Below are positions 1 through 10,553 of a stretch of DNA of 64,000 bases, one piece after another. The stretch is from an uncultured delta proteobacterium (lineage in GTDB: Bacteria; Desulfobacterota; Binatia; UBA9968): assembly GCA_963804165.1 (NCBI GenBank), contig CAWDPO010000024.1, positions 160,001 to 224,000 on the forward strand. The letters are read 5' to 3'. The notes under the pieces were generated by a model, which saw nothing but the letters and a program-made list of their open reading frames with translations, was not told the DNA's origin and searched no databases. Positions within the stretch are counted from its first letter, which is position 1; every line of letters begins with the position of its first letter. A program made the translations under genes and the position numbers.

Positions 1-690
1 TTCGCGGCCCCGTTGGCGGGCCATCTTCTTGTATTCCTCGATAGGTTTGTCCTGCTGTTTGCGCTGCGCACTATACCTGAACAGTTCATACTTGTAGTGC
101 TCAGGATCAAAGAGAAGTCCCTTGACCCCTGTCTCCGCCGCGATGCGCGAAACGACTTCAAAGTTATTCGTCACAGTGCGCCAGCGCGCGTCATCGAACC
201 AGTTCAACCCGAGGGTCGACTGTTCGGCTGAGAGAATCACCGGGAGGAAATTGTCGGTGAATTTGTGCCACTTCGCTGTTTTCAGGTCTGCGATGGCATC
301 GCGAAAATCTTCTACCTGAAATGCCCTCTTGCCCATGATCTGCCAGGCGAGTTGATTACCGGTATGGCGCTTCCCCTGCTGCCAAGCCCCGTGATCTACG
401 GGCACTACGATGCTGACACCGTCAAAAGGCATCTCTTCCATCTGGCTCCAGTGCTGTCGTATGTACAGCGTATCGGGGGATCCCCAGCCATGATAGATAA
501 GCTTTTTACCTTTCGCCTCTACAGGGGCAGGACTCACAGGGGCAGGACTCACAGGAGCAGGAGTCACAGGAGTAGGAGTCACAGGAGTAGGAGTCCCAGG
601 AGTAGGAGTCACAGTGGTTGGCGGTGGCACGCAACTATAGAGGCCGATCACGACCAACACGGCAAAAGGCAGGGCAAACTTCGCTCTCAT
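1..690 (-). CDS. Secreted lipoprotein with Pro/Thr linker and TIM-barrel/glycoside-hydrolase-like domain; paralog of 811..1939; runs off the window edge
   Basis: Manual minus-strand translation from ATG 690 (absent from the ORF track): MRAKFALPFAVLVVIGLYSC (lipobox-like), then VTPTP repeats, then KKLIYHGWGSPDTLYIRQHWSQMEEMPFDGV...GLLFDPEHY...MARQRGRE; open and in frame to position 1, closely matching ORF 811..1890. Confidence 0.85.
   Translation of the reverse strand, partial: MRAKFALPFAVLVVIGLYSCVPPPTTVTPTPGTPTPVTPTPVTPAPVSPAPVSPAPVEAKGKKLIYHGWGSPDTLYIRQHWSQMEEMPFDGVSIVVPVDHGAWQQGKRHTGNQLAWQIMGKRAFQVEDFRDAIADLKTAKWHKFTDNFLPVILSAEQSTLGLNWFDDARWRTVTNNFEVVSRIAAETGVKGLLFDPEHYKYELFRYSAQRKQQDKPIEEYKKMARQRGRE
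521..614. repeat. 15-bp tandem repeat (6 units) encoding the VTPTP/VSPAP linker
   Basis: acaggggcaggactc x2, acaggagcaggagtc, acaggagtaggagtc x2, ccaggagtaggagtc. Confidence 0.95.
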
Positions 691-810
691 TGGAGGCTCC
701 AATACAACAAGTCTTTATTGCGGCTCATCTCGCCCCCGCGACGATGTGCGACACATCGGTCGCCGGCCCGCCGCTATCGGGTGGAAAAATTCCCGTGACG
801 ATAAGCATAT

Positions 811-1939
811 TCATTTCAGCATCAACTCGGGCGCCGGCAGCACCGGTTTGGAGTCACGCGCGGCGGCGAGCGCCTTGATATAGGATTCGTCGATACCGGA
901 AGGAGGAAAAAATCGCGGACCTTGACTATAAATCCAGACATAACCGTCGCTTCTCCCTAGGGCGAGACTGACGGCCCGGAGCAAACTTTCCGGCGTGAAA
1001 TAGTAGGGATTGTTTTGATTGTCGATCCACAAACCAAAGCCTGCTTTGACCTTGGCTCGGTAGTGATCCGGCACCTCGCTGATTTGCACCGCCTCCTGAA
1101 TTTGCCGATATCCCGCTTCAAAAAGTCTCGACTCCTTATACCCATAGGAGGGCTCATAACCGTCAATTAGCGTCGCCCCGGACGGCAGCGTTTCCAGCAG
1201 CCCGTCGTAAAATGCCGGCAAGAGGCTATATTTAGTCTGCGCCAGAGTCTGAAGCAGCGGATAGGTGTACGAGTAGAGAGAGAGAATCACGACCTTGGGC
1301 AGCGAGCCTATGATGGCTCTCGCCACCTCGCGGCCTCGTTGGCGGGCGATCTTCTTGTATTCCTCGATAGGTTTGTCCTGCTGTAGCCGCTGCGCATTGT
1401 AATCGAACAGGGCGTAATTATAGTGCTCCGGATCAAAGAGAAGTCCCTTGACGCCGGTTTCCGCCGCGATGCGCGCAACGACTGCAAAGTTGTTCACCAC
1501 GATAGGCCAGCGCGCGTCGTCGAACCAGTTCAACCCGATGGTCGACTGCTCGGCCGAGAGAATGACAGGGAGGAAATTGTCGGTGAACTTATCCCACTTC
1601 GCTACTTTCAAGTCTTCGATGGCATCGCGAAAATCCTCTACGCGAAATGTCCTCTTGCCCATGATCTGCCAGGCGAGCTGATTGTTAGTGCCACGTATCC
1701 CCTGCTGCCAAGTAAGTCGATCGACAGGCACGACAATCCCGACGCCATCGAACGGCATCTCTTGCATCTCACGCCAGTGGTCCCGTATGTACAGGGTATT
1801 GGGAGATCCCCAGCCGTAATAGATAAGCTTTCTGGCTCCTGACTCTTGGGCCGCAGCCGGAGTCGCAGACAGCGGCACACCATTGACCAAGGCCCATTGC
1901 CGCTAACAGAAGAAAAGTCAGAGTTAACTTCACAGGCAT
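811..1939 (-). CDS. Secreted protein, TIM-barrel/glycoside-hydrolase-like (frameshift near 1890 separates the signal peptide)
   Basis: ORF 811..1890 plus upstream hydrophobic leader MPVKLTLTFLLLAAMGL from ATG 1939, which overlaps the upstream stop (TGATG); motifs PFDG, GLLFDPEHY, IDGYE. Confidence 0.75.
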
Positions 1940-3241
1940 CAGAGGCTCCAATACAACAAGTCTTTGTTGTCCCTTATCTCGCCCAGAACACCTCTGATAT
2001 CGACAAACACCGGCGTCCCGTCCCCGTTCGCAAGTAGATTCGAATAAGCCTCGATGGATTGTTCACGGAAGATTCGATGCGGCACCGCCAAGATCACCGC
2101 GTCATACTTTTCATCTCTTTTGAAAGGATCCGATACCACCCTGATGTTGAACCGCTCCAGATCTTTGGCGGCCGACCAATGGATCGCTCAGGACCACCTC
2201 CACCCCATGACCTTCCAACTCCTGGATCAATTCGGCGACCCGCGTGTTACGCGCGTCGCAGACATTTTCTTTAAAGGCCGCGCCCAGCACCAAAGTCTTT
2301 GCGCCGCGCACCACCTTGCCTGATTTGATCAATAGCCTTAGGGTTTCCTGGGCGACATAAACTCCCATGGAGTCGTTGATCCGCCGCCCTGCAAGGATCA
2401 CATCGGGATGGTAGTCGACCTCCTGCGCTTTATGCGTCAGGTAGTAGGGATCGACAGGGATACAGTGACCGCCGACCAGACCCGGCTCAAAGGGTAAAAA
2501 GTTCCACTTGCTGCGCGCCGCTTTGAAAACCTCGGCCGTATCCAGGCCGATGCGATGGAATAAGACGGCCAATTCGTTCATCAGCGCAATGTTCAGATCC
2601 CTCTGTACGTTCTCAATGATCTTCGCGGCTTCAGCGACTCGAATGCTCGGCGCCTGATGGATTCCCGCTTTCACCACCAAGCCGTACACGTTCGCCAAAA
2701 CTTCGCTGGTCTCGGCATCTTGTGCGGCAACGATTTTTTTTACCGTTTCGAGCGTGTGCTCGGTGTCGCCGGGGTTGACTCTTTCAGGCGAATACCCGAC
2801 TTTGAAATCCCGACCGGCTCTCAGTCCGGATTCACGCTCGATGGCGGGGATGCACACCTCTTCGGTGCAGCCCGGATAGACGGTTGATTCGTAGACGACG
2901 ATCGTGCCGGCGGTGAGATTTTTGCCGATCAGACGACTGGCATGAAGCAGCGGCGCAAGATCCGGTTGCTTCGCTTTGTCCACGGGCGTGGGAACCGCAA
3001 CGATAATCAGGGAAGCGCGCCGCAAGTGCGATGGCTCGAACGTCAATTGCAGCGGCGCCGCGCCCAGGCTCGCTTTATCGAGCTCGCCGTTTCGATCCGA
3101 GCCGTTGCGCAACTCGGCGATTCGGTCCGGATTGATGTCGAAGCCGATGGTCGGCAAGACCTTGCTGAACGCCGTCGCCAGCGGCAATCCGACGTAGCCC
3201 AAGCCGATGACCGCGATAGAGGATGGAAAGTCCATGGTCAT
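1939..3241 (-). CDS. Nucleotide-sugar (UDP-GlcNAc/GalNAc) dehydrogenase, WbpO/TviB family (frameshift near 2150)
   Basis: IAVIGLGYVGLPL, VYESTVYPG, GYSPERVNPGD, GGHCIPVDPYYL, FKENVCDARN; C-terminus in ORF 1939..2139. Confidence 0.9.
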
Positions 3242-5049
3242 AGCTCTCCTGCGCCTTCCTCGACAAATTCCAACCGGAGCTGTTTGATCCAGAGTCCTTG
3301 TTCCCGGCAGACGGAACGAATTTTTTCGGCGTGGCCGTTGGCGAGAATACTGGGCGACGAAATAATGCAACCCTGCACTTTTTCATGTTGGATGATTTCC
3401 GGTAGCTTATCCGCGCCGCCCAAAATGCGCAGCCCGAGCACCGTGCGCCCTTGTTTTCGTGGGTCATCGTCCAAAAATCCCACCGGCCGGTAGGCGACTT
3501 GGGAATTGTTGCGGCACTCCCGCACCGCGATCTCGCCGCCGTCTCCCGCTCCATAAATCAGCACCGGAACTTCTTCCTGCCGGCGGTGATTCAGGAAAAG
3601 ACCGAACAAACGAAAAGACAGGCGGCTGCCGGCCACGCCGAAAAACAGCAGGAAGCCGTAAACGATAAAGGCCACCCGCGAGTAGCCGTCGAACCGGTAC
3701 GCGAGCAGAATCGCAGCCATGGACAACAGCGTCGCGCCTGCGGCCGCTTGAACGATGCGCACAAGATCTTCCAACCCGGTGTAGCGCCACAGGCCGCGAT
3801 AAATGCCGAAAAGAAAAAAAGCGGCGTAGGTCGACGCCAGCACCAGGGGCAGTGAATGGACATACAGCCACAACAGCGCATCGTCGAGCTGAAATTCATA
3901 GCGTAGCGCGAAGGCCAGATAGTAGGCGGACGAGATCACCAAGAGATCGAGCAGCACCTCCAGCAGCCGGCGCCGGTACGTCAGCGTGGTCAATATCACC
4001 GTCAGTTTTTTATTCGCTTGTTTTCGTCGCCCCTCTTCCACCGGAACAATCTCGACCTGGGCCAGATAGGCGGTGAACAGAGCGAATAAAATAATCACCA
4101 CGGGCAGAAACATCAGGCTGAGCGAGTAGGAAAACCCCTTGATCAGCACGGCGGTGGCCCCGGCGATGGAAGCCATCACATAAAGCAGCAGCACGGTTTG
4201 GCGTTCGCTGAGGCCCAGGATCACGAGCCGGTGCGACGCATGATCTTTGCCCCCTTGAGAGATCGATTGGCCGCGCAGCAAACGTGTGATCGTGACCAGT
4301 GTGGTATCGAGGATGGGCACCAGCAATATGCAGGTCGGCACGGCGACTAAGGACAGAATGTTGGAAGCCTGGCCGTTGGCCTGAACGGTGAGCAGGCTGA
4401 GCGACGCGCCGAGAAAAAGGCTGCCGGCATCGCCCATGAAGACCGAAGCAGGATAGAAATTATATAAAAGGAATCCGGCCACCGCCCCGGCGATGGCCAG
4501 CGCCAGCACGGCATGTTGCGTGTCGCCTTGCTGGTTGAAAAGGAAGGCCAGATAAAGCGCGGCGATCAACGCAATGCCGCCGGCCAGGCCGTCCATGTTG
4601 TCGAGCAAGTTAAGCGCATTGGTCAGCCCGATGATCCACGCGGCGGTGAGCAAAGCATCCAACGGCAGCCAGGTAAAAAAGTGCAGAGAATAACCGAAGA
4701 AGATCGCGGTGGCCGCGCAGATGATTTGGCCGATCAGCTTGGTTGCAGGATTGATCTGGCGCAGATCATCGTAGATCCCCACGGCAAACATCTGCGTGAC
4801 GACAATAAAGAAAGGCGCGACCGCTAAAGGATCAGGCGAAAGAAACAAAACGGCGGGAATAAAGCCGACAAAGAACGCGACGCCGCCCAGGGTCGGCGTC
4901 GGTCGCGTGTGCCATCGCTCTTTCTTCGGCAGCGCCACGCAGCCCCATCGGGTCGCCAGGCGCCGAACTAATGGCAGGCACAAGATCGTCAACAAGAACG
5001 ATGCCGCGGGCACGAGAAAGAAGCTGGCGTTGTTCCATGCGGATTGCAT
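3238..5049 (-). CDS. WecA/MraY-family undecaprenyl-phosphate sugar-1-phosphate transferase fused to a CapD/PglF-type N-terminal membrane and Rossmann domain
   Basis: PTPTLGG, GIYDD, NALNLLDNMDGL, FMGDAGS, DHASHRL; then YRGLWRY, VLIYGAGDGG, VGFLDDDPRK. Confidence 0.88.
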   Translation of the reverse strand: MQSAWNNASFFLVPAASFLLTILCLPLVRRLATRWGCVALPKKERWHTRPTPTLGGVAFFVGFIPAVLFLSPDPLAVAPFFIVVTQMFAVGIYDDLRQINPATKLIGQIICAATAIFFGYSLHFFTWLPLDALLTAAWIIGLTNALNLLDNMDGLAGGIALIAALYLAFLFNQQGDTQHAVLALAIAGAVAGFLLYNFYPASVFMGDAGSLFLGASLSLLTVQANGQASNILSLVAVPTCILLVPILDTTLVTITRLLRGQSISQGGKDHASHRLVILGLSERQTVLLLYVMASIAGATAVLIKGFSYSLSLMFLPVVIILFALFTAYLAQVEIVPVEEGRRKQANKKLTVILTTLTYRRRLLEVLLDLLVISSAYYLAFALRYEFQLDDALLWLYVHSLPLVLASTYAAFFLFGIYRGLWRYTGLEDLVRIVQAAAGATLLSMAAILLAYRFDGYSRVAFIVYGFLLFFGVAGSRLSFRLFGLFLNHRRQEEVPVLIYGAGDGGEIAVRECRNNSQVAYRPVGFLDDDPRKQGRTVLGLRILGGADKLPEIIQHEKVQGCIISSPSILANGHAEKIRSVCREQGLWIKQLRLEFVEEGAGEL

Positions 5050-5082
5050 TAAAAGTGTCCCGCGATCTTTACTTTTGGGCGG

Positions 5083-5287
5083 CTATATCCTGTCCCAGCA
5101 GTTCGCGACCTAGTTCTCGCGTCATTCCGTCGGAAAATCTCCCCTTCCCCTCTTTGGCAAAGAGGGGTGACAATCGCACGGAGAAGATTCTCCCTTTGAA
5201 AAAAGGGGACAAAGGGGAATTTGAGTTCAACTTCAGCGGCTGCCATCGTTTGGACTTTTTAAACGAATTTCTGAGACGCCAGACTAG
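5083..5287. mobile_element. ~205-bp MITE-like element, copy 1
   Basis: Closely matches 6400..6602 and the inverted copy at 16454..16658; imperfect terminal inverted repeats, CTAG at the right end; internal hairpins (ccctctttggcaaagagggg, ccctttgaaaaaagggg). Confidence 0.8.
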
Positions 5288-6306
5288 ATTCTGACTTCCG
5301 GAACTCTTCCGACTTTGCTGATTCTGCCGGGACGGCGGGGTTTGACCGGCGCGTCAAAGCTGTCGATGACGCTTTGCACGATCTCGCGGGTATTATACGT
5401 CGTGTGAAAATTCACCAGATTTTGAACTTTGCTGATATCGGGCACGCGCCTCTGCATATCTTCGAACCCTTCTTCGTAGGCCTCGTCATAGGGAATGTAA
5501 CGGATCGGCGCTGTGCTGCCGGTCATGGATTTCACCAGACGGGCGAGATCTTCGATGCTGATCTCTTCTTCGCTGCCGATATTAAAAATCTGCCCGACGG
5601 CATCGGGATGCTCGATCAGCCGGGAAAGCGCGCCGACGGTATCGCTCACATGACAAAAACAGCGCGACTGCTTGCCGTCGCCGAAAACCCTGAGCGGCTC
5701 GGCCGCGAGCGCCGCGCGCACAAAGCTCGGCAGCACCATGCCGTAACGGCCGGTCTGGCGCGGACCGACCGTGTTGAATAGCCGCACGATCACGACCGGC
5801 AGGCCCTTCTCTTTCCAATAGGCCAGCGCCAGAAACTCGTCGATCGCCTTGGAGCAGGCGTAGCTCCATCTGCCCTTGGACGTGGAGCCCATCACCAGAT
5901 CATCCTCTTCAGAAAAAGGAATCTTGGTGGACTTGCCGTAGACCTCGGAGGTGCTGGCAATGAGGACTTTCTTTCTTTTTTTGTTGGCGAACTCGAGCAC
6001 GCCCTCGGTTCCCTTCACGTTGGTCTCGATGGTGCGAACCGGACTTTCGACGATGAGTCTTACGCCGACGGAAGCGGCGAGATGGAAGACCGCGTCGCAG
6101 TCGTCGATCAGCTCGGCGAGCAACGGCCGGTTGAAAATGGAGTCGATGACATAACGGAAGCCGCGCCGATGTTTAAGACTTTCGATATTGTTAATGGCTC
6201 CCGTGCACAGATCATCGATGATCACGACCTCGTGGCCCTGGCGCAGCAACGTTTCCGACAGATGCGAACCGATAAAACCTGCTCCTCCGGTGATGAGATA
6301 ACGCAT
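5284..6306 (-). CDS. NAD-dependent epimerase/dehydratase (extended SDR)
   Basis: LITGGAGFIGSHL, ASTSEVYG, YACSK, RLFNTVGPRQ. Confidence 0.92.
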   Translation of the reverse strand: MRYLITGGAGFIGSHLSETLLRQGHEVVIIDDLCTGAINNIESLKHRRGFRYVIDSIFNRPLLAELIDDCDAVFHLAASVGVRLIVESPVRTIETNVKGTEGVLEFANKKRKKVLIASTSEVYGKSTKIPFSEEDDLVMGSTSKGRWSYACSKAIDEFLALAYWKEKGLPVVIVRLFNTVGPRQTGRYGMVLPSFVRAALAAEPLRVFGDGKQSRCFCHVSDTVGALSRLIEHPDAVGQIFNIGSEEEISIEDLARLVKSMTGSTAPIRYIPYDEAYEEGFEDMQRRVPDISKVQNLVNFHTTYNTREIVQSVIDSFDAPVKPRRPGRISKVGRVPEVRI

Positions 6307-6399
6307 TATTCCTCCTGCTGGTTTATGCGGCAGTCACGAGGGTCATGAAGCGCCTGTTTCTGTTTGACAGTTGCGTCCAAGGATTTGCCTGAGATCCCG

Positions 6400-6602
6400 C
6401 TAGTATCCTGACCCAGAAGTTCGCTGTATTATTGCCGCGTCATTTTGTCCGAAAATCTCCCCTTCCCCTCTTTGGCAAAGAGGGGTGAGAATCGTACGGA
6501 GAAATCCCCCTTTGAAGAAGGGGGACAAAGGGGGATTTGAGTTCAACTTCAGCGCCGGCCATCGTTTGGATTTTTTAAACGAACTTCTGAGACGCCACAT
6601 GG
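6400..6602. mobile_element. ~205-bp MITE-like element, copy 2
   Basis: ctagtatcctgacccagaagttcg...cgaacttctgagacgccaca; same internal hairpins as copies 1 and 3. Confidence 0.8.
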
Positions 6603-6607
6603 TTTCG

Positions 6608-8972
6608 TCACGCCTGCTGCCGCTCGCCGTCGTATGGCGCCTCGTGGTAGTACTCGTCATAACCGTTGCCATTCATATTCACGCGGTTCAGCATGGTTCC
6701 TAATATCTTTGCGTGGGCGTGGCGCAGGCGCGAACAGGCGTGCTTCACGGTGTCGCGCGGCGTGCCTTTGCTGCCGATCACGACCACCACGCCATCGACC
6801 ATCGTGGACAACAGGAGGGCATCGCTCACCGCCATCACCGGTGGAGAATCAATCAGAACGTAATCATAGCGTTCGCGCACCGAACCGAGCGCTTCACGCA
6901 TCTTGGTCGAACCGATGAGCTCCGTAGGATCGACAGCGCTGGAGCCGCTGCTGATGAAAAACAGATTATCGACGTGCGTCGCCTGGGTCGCCCACGTCGG
7001 CCTTATCCTGCCGCTGAGAAGCTCGGCCACGCCGAGGCCTCGCCTCATGCCCAGGATCTTGTGACAAAAAGGACGCCGTAGGTCTCCGTCGATGAGCAAA
7101 ACTCTGGCGCCCATGCGCGCGAAGCTGATCGCGCTGTTGACCACGGTGGCGGTCTTCCCTTCGCCGTGAACGGCGCTGGTAAAAAGCACCGTCTTCGGCG
7201 CATGTTCTCCCTGCGCCAGCAAGATGCCGGTACGCAGCGTGCGGTAGGCTTCGTTGACAACGCCCAGGGAATCAATCGACATGATGGGCTTCTCTTTAGG
7301 CTCGGAAGGATAAAAAGCGACGTCGGATTTGCCATTCCCGTTGGTGTGCTTGTGCGCCGACGAGGCGGCCCAAAACCGGCGCGAGGTCAAGGAAGCGACG
7401 GTCGGTGCGGGGAAAAATGGGCACGAGCCCCAGGCTCGGCAAACTCAAATAGCGTTCCGTGTCTTCGGCGGTCCTTAAGGTGTCATCGAGATGTTCTAAG
7501 AAAAGCGCCAGGCCCAAACCTCCCATCAAACCCAAGATGGCCGCCAGTGCAAGGATGAGCTTTTTCCTGGGCGTTGTGGGTATGACCGGATTCTCCGCCT
7601 TGTCGATAACATAAATATTGGAGGCGCGCAGCTGTGCCGCCACGCCGACTTCCTTCATGCGCTCGAGCACGCTGTTGTAGAGCTGGCGATTGGTGTCGAC
7701 TTCGCGGGCCAAAACGGCGTAACCGACCGAGGCGTCTTTAAGTTGCAGGGTCGCGGCCTTCTGCTCCTCCATTTTGGCGCGCAGCTCCCGCTCTTTTCCG
7801 TAGGCGGCAAGATGGGCGGACTCGATCCCGCTCACGATCTTTTTGATCTCATGCTGCAAGCGCAGCTGGACTTCCTCGAGACTTGCCTTCACCTTGGCAA
7901 CGCTCGGATAACCTTCCTTAAACTGAGATGAAAGATTCGCATACTCTCCCTGCAACTGGGTCAGCTGTGTCTTGAGAGTTGAAACCAGCCCGCTTCCGAT
8001 GACTGCGGGCAGGGAATCGAAGTCCCTTTTACGAATCAGTCGGACGTGAGCTTCAAGCCCGATCCGTTCGGCCTCCGCTTCCGTGAGACGCTTGTTCAAA
8101 TCCGCCAAGCGCTCCACCACGATGTTCTCTTTCTCATCGAGGGAAATGATGCCGTTCTCCCGGCGGTAAACGTTTAGAGTGGCCTCCGCCTCTTCCACTC
8201 GTGTTTTTAGTTCTGCCAGCTTTTCTTCGAGAAATTTTTGCGCTTCCTGATTCGCCTGACTGCGCAACATCAGTCCCTGCCGGATATAGGCATCGGCATG
8301 AGCATTGGCCACCAGCGCGGAAAACTCAGCATCAGGCGAATTGAAAGCGATTTTAACCAGGCGGGTGCGCTGGATAGGCTCCACCTCCAACATACCCTGA
8401 TAGGCGTCGACGAGTTCTGGCTTTATGCCGAGGAGATCTCCTCTCTTGATGCCTGGAGGCGGCGAAGCAAAAAACGAGTTGACCCACGCAAAAGCGGCTG
8501 AAGGAAGCTGTTGGAGTTTTTTGAGAAAAGCGAATCCATTACCGCTCCCGGTGAGAACCGCGCTTTTCTCCAGGCCCTGTTCTCGAATGGTCTGCGCCGC
8601 CAGACTACGGCTCTTCAACAGTTCGTACTGGGTTTTGTAGTAGTCGAGCTCACCGGAATCCACCGACTCGGAGAGCACGTTTTTAACGTCAACGACCTGC
8701 GGCTCTTTGCGTTCGATGAGAAGCGTGGTCCGCGCGGTGTAAATCGGCTCCATCATCATAACGACAACGGCGGCGACGATAACCGCGCCAAAAAAGCATG
8801 CCGCGATAGTTGCTTTGTTTTTCCGAAGGACCCGCCAGTAGTCGCGCAGGCTCGCCGCTTCACGGTCTTCGGCGACTTGGCGCCAGGTGGACACCGTGGA
8901 CACGGTAGGCACGATGTCCTCCGGTTCAAGCAGCAGCTCACGCCGCTGCGAATAGGACGAAGTATCTTTCAT
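6608..8972 (-). CDS. wzc: Polysaccharide co-polymerase/tyrosine autokinase (Wzc/GumC family), frameshift near 7390
   Basis: ORF 7296..8972 has Wzz-like N-terminus, coiled coil and second TM; ORF 6608..7390 has EAYRTLRT, Walker A GEGKT, IDGDLRRP, DSPP and a Tyr-rich tail. Confidence 0.9.
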
Positions 8973-9093
8973 GGCAAAATCTCAATCGACTGAACTGAAG
9001 GACTACCGGATCGGGACACTCGCACTCGCGCCAATGCGGACAAACGCGCTAACATCCGGTAAAATTTCCCTCCCGCCAGTCTCATTTGACTCG

Positions 9094-10215
9094 CTATCTT
9101 CCCATGGGGATCGAGGCATTGGCCCCGACACGCATGAACGATGTGAAGAAACGATAAACTCCGTACGCGACCGCCTTCGGAGTAGAAGAGATGATATCGA
9201 CCACGTCCCCTTCGCGCAGCGGCAGATCGGGTTCCTGTCCACTCGCGATAGCCTCAAGATCAGCCGTAAAAATCATTCTCTGACCCAGTTTGTTGGTGCG
9301 CATGAGCTTGACGGCGCTGGTATCGCCGGCAAACATCGCCCCTCCGGCCGCCGCCACGACCCCCAAGATAGTCAGTCCTGAAGAGATCTTGTACGACCCG
9401 GGCCTCCCCACCCACCCTTGAACCAGAACTTCGCCTGCCCCCGGCACCATGATGACGTCGCCGGGCCGCGCCGGCAGGGAAAGGTAAATCTCATTGCCGC
9501 CGCGATTGACGGACGCAAGGTTGATCACGATCGGTTCGACGTTTTTCAGAATCAGCGGTGAAGGGTCCTGTCTGACAAGCTGTACCGGCAGTACAGCGCC
9601 AATGTTCTTCGCCGTGTCCGGATCCGCCGCTTCCGCCGGAATAAAAAGGATCCGCTCCGATGATCCCGGCGTCATGCCGCCCGCCTGGGAGATCAGGCTC
9701 AAAACCGTGTCACCTGAAACGACAAGGTTGTAAAGTCCCGGTTTCTGCACGGCGCCGATGACCGCAACCTGCCGGCTGCGAAATTCTTTGACGAACAAAC
9801 TCACCTGCGGATTGTGCATGTAATTGGTCTGGAGCCGGCGACGAATTTCCGCCCTGAGCGTCTTGTCGGTCAGGCCTTTGGTATCGATGACCCCAACGAA
9901 CGGCAAAGTGATCGTCCCTTCGCGGGTGACGCGCTCCGAATGGTTTCTGATTTCCTCCATCCCGGCGACGTTGATCTCGATCACATCACCAGGGCCGATT
10001 GGATAATCGTTATCGTTGCTGTCCTTTTGGCGCATCTCCCACAGAGCCGCCAAGCGCTTGAGGTCATTGTCAGCGTCTGCGCTTTCTCTTAAATGGGCCG
10101 TCGTGGTTGAAACTTTTTCATCTCCCACTGTCTCTCCGGACTTTGTGGCCGCCGCCGAGCATCCAGCCACCAAAAGGAAGACTCCATACGTCAAAGGAAA
10201 TGAAAATATCTTCAT
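9094..10215 (-). CDS. wza: Polysaccharide export outer-membrane lipoprotein (Wza/SLBB domains)
   Basis: Lipobox VAGC; YPIGPGDVIEI, GTITLPFVG, GAVQKPGLY, LREGDVV. Confidence 0.88.
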   Translation of the reverse strand: MKIFSFPLTYGVFLLVAGCSAAATKSGETVGDEKVSTTTAHLRESADADNDLKRLAALWEMRQKDSNDNDYPIGPGDVIEINVAGMEEIRNHSERVTREGTITLPFVGVIDTKGLTDKTLRAEIRRRLQTNYMHNPQVSLFVKEFRSRQVAVIGAVQKPGLYNLVVSGDTVLSLISQAGGMTPGSSERILFIPAEAADPDTAKNIGAVLPVQLVRQDPSPLILKNVEPIVINLASVNRGGNEIYLSLPARPGDVIMVPGAGEVLVQGWVGRPGSYKISSGLTILGVVAAAGGAMFAGDTSAVKLMRTNKLGQRMIFTADLEAIASGQEPDLPLREGDVVDIISSTPKAVAYGVYRFFTSFMRVGANASIPMGR

Positions 10216-10444
10216 CGCTTTAGTCCAGAACTAATTTGAATTCGCCGGTCGGGTGAGATATCCTTAAAGTGCAACGGGGTGGGGTAATCATCTGTCCTAT
10301 GGACAGATCCAAATGAGCCTAATCAGCTCGCGAGGATTTCATCTCTTTACGGGTCCTTCGCCAAAAGTCTCCCGCAAAGAGTCATGTACCAGCCCCGTTG
10401 CGTATTTCTTCTTTAAGTCTACATCAGCTCAACACTTTTTAATC

Positions 10445-10553
10445 CGGTAACCAAAATCACTACGTCTGGTTCGGCCTTTTTATAGCGCTCTTAGCCAAGC
10501 CTTGACGCCGCCGCTTTCCTAAGAAAGCGACTTTGCTGTTTTTGCTGTTATCG
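10445..10553 (-). promoter_or_regulatory. Candidate degenerate c-di-GMP-I (GEMM) riboswitch in the EPS operon leader
   Basis: Minus strand reads CGATAACAGCAAA...GCAAA-GTCGCTTTC(TTAG)GAAAGCGGC-GGCGTCAAGGC...GCTAAG...GGTTACCG, the order of GEMM landmarks; the hairpin loop is not GNRA. Confidence 0.3.

Noticed and set aside
521-614. Repeat array as a CRISPR
   Set aside because: Contiguous 15-mers without spacers, in frame within a CDS; no CRISPR array or cas genes seen in the window
265-798. Plus-strand ORF with RSRSH repeats resembling an SR/RS protein
   Set aside because: Antisense shadow of the minus-strand lipoprotein gene and its Pro/Thr repeat
5049-5246. Short ORFs with PPLSPFFKGG-like sequence (also 6400..6672 and 16495..16689)
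   Set aside because: Translations of the MITE hairpins, not genes
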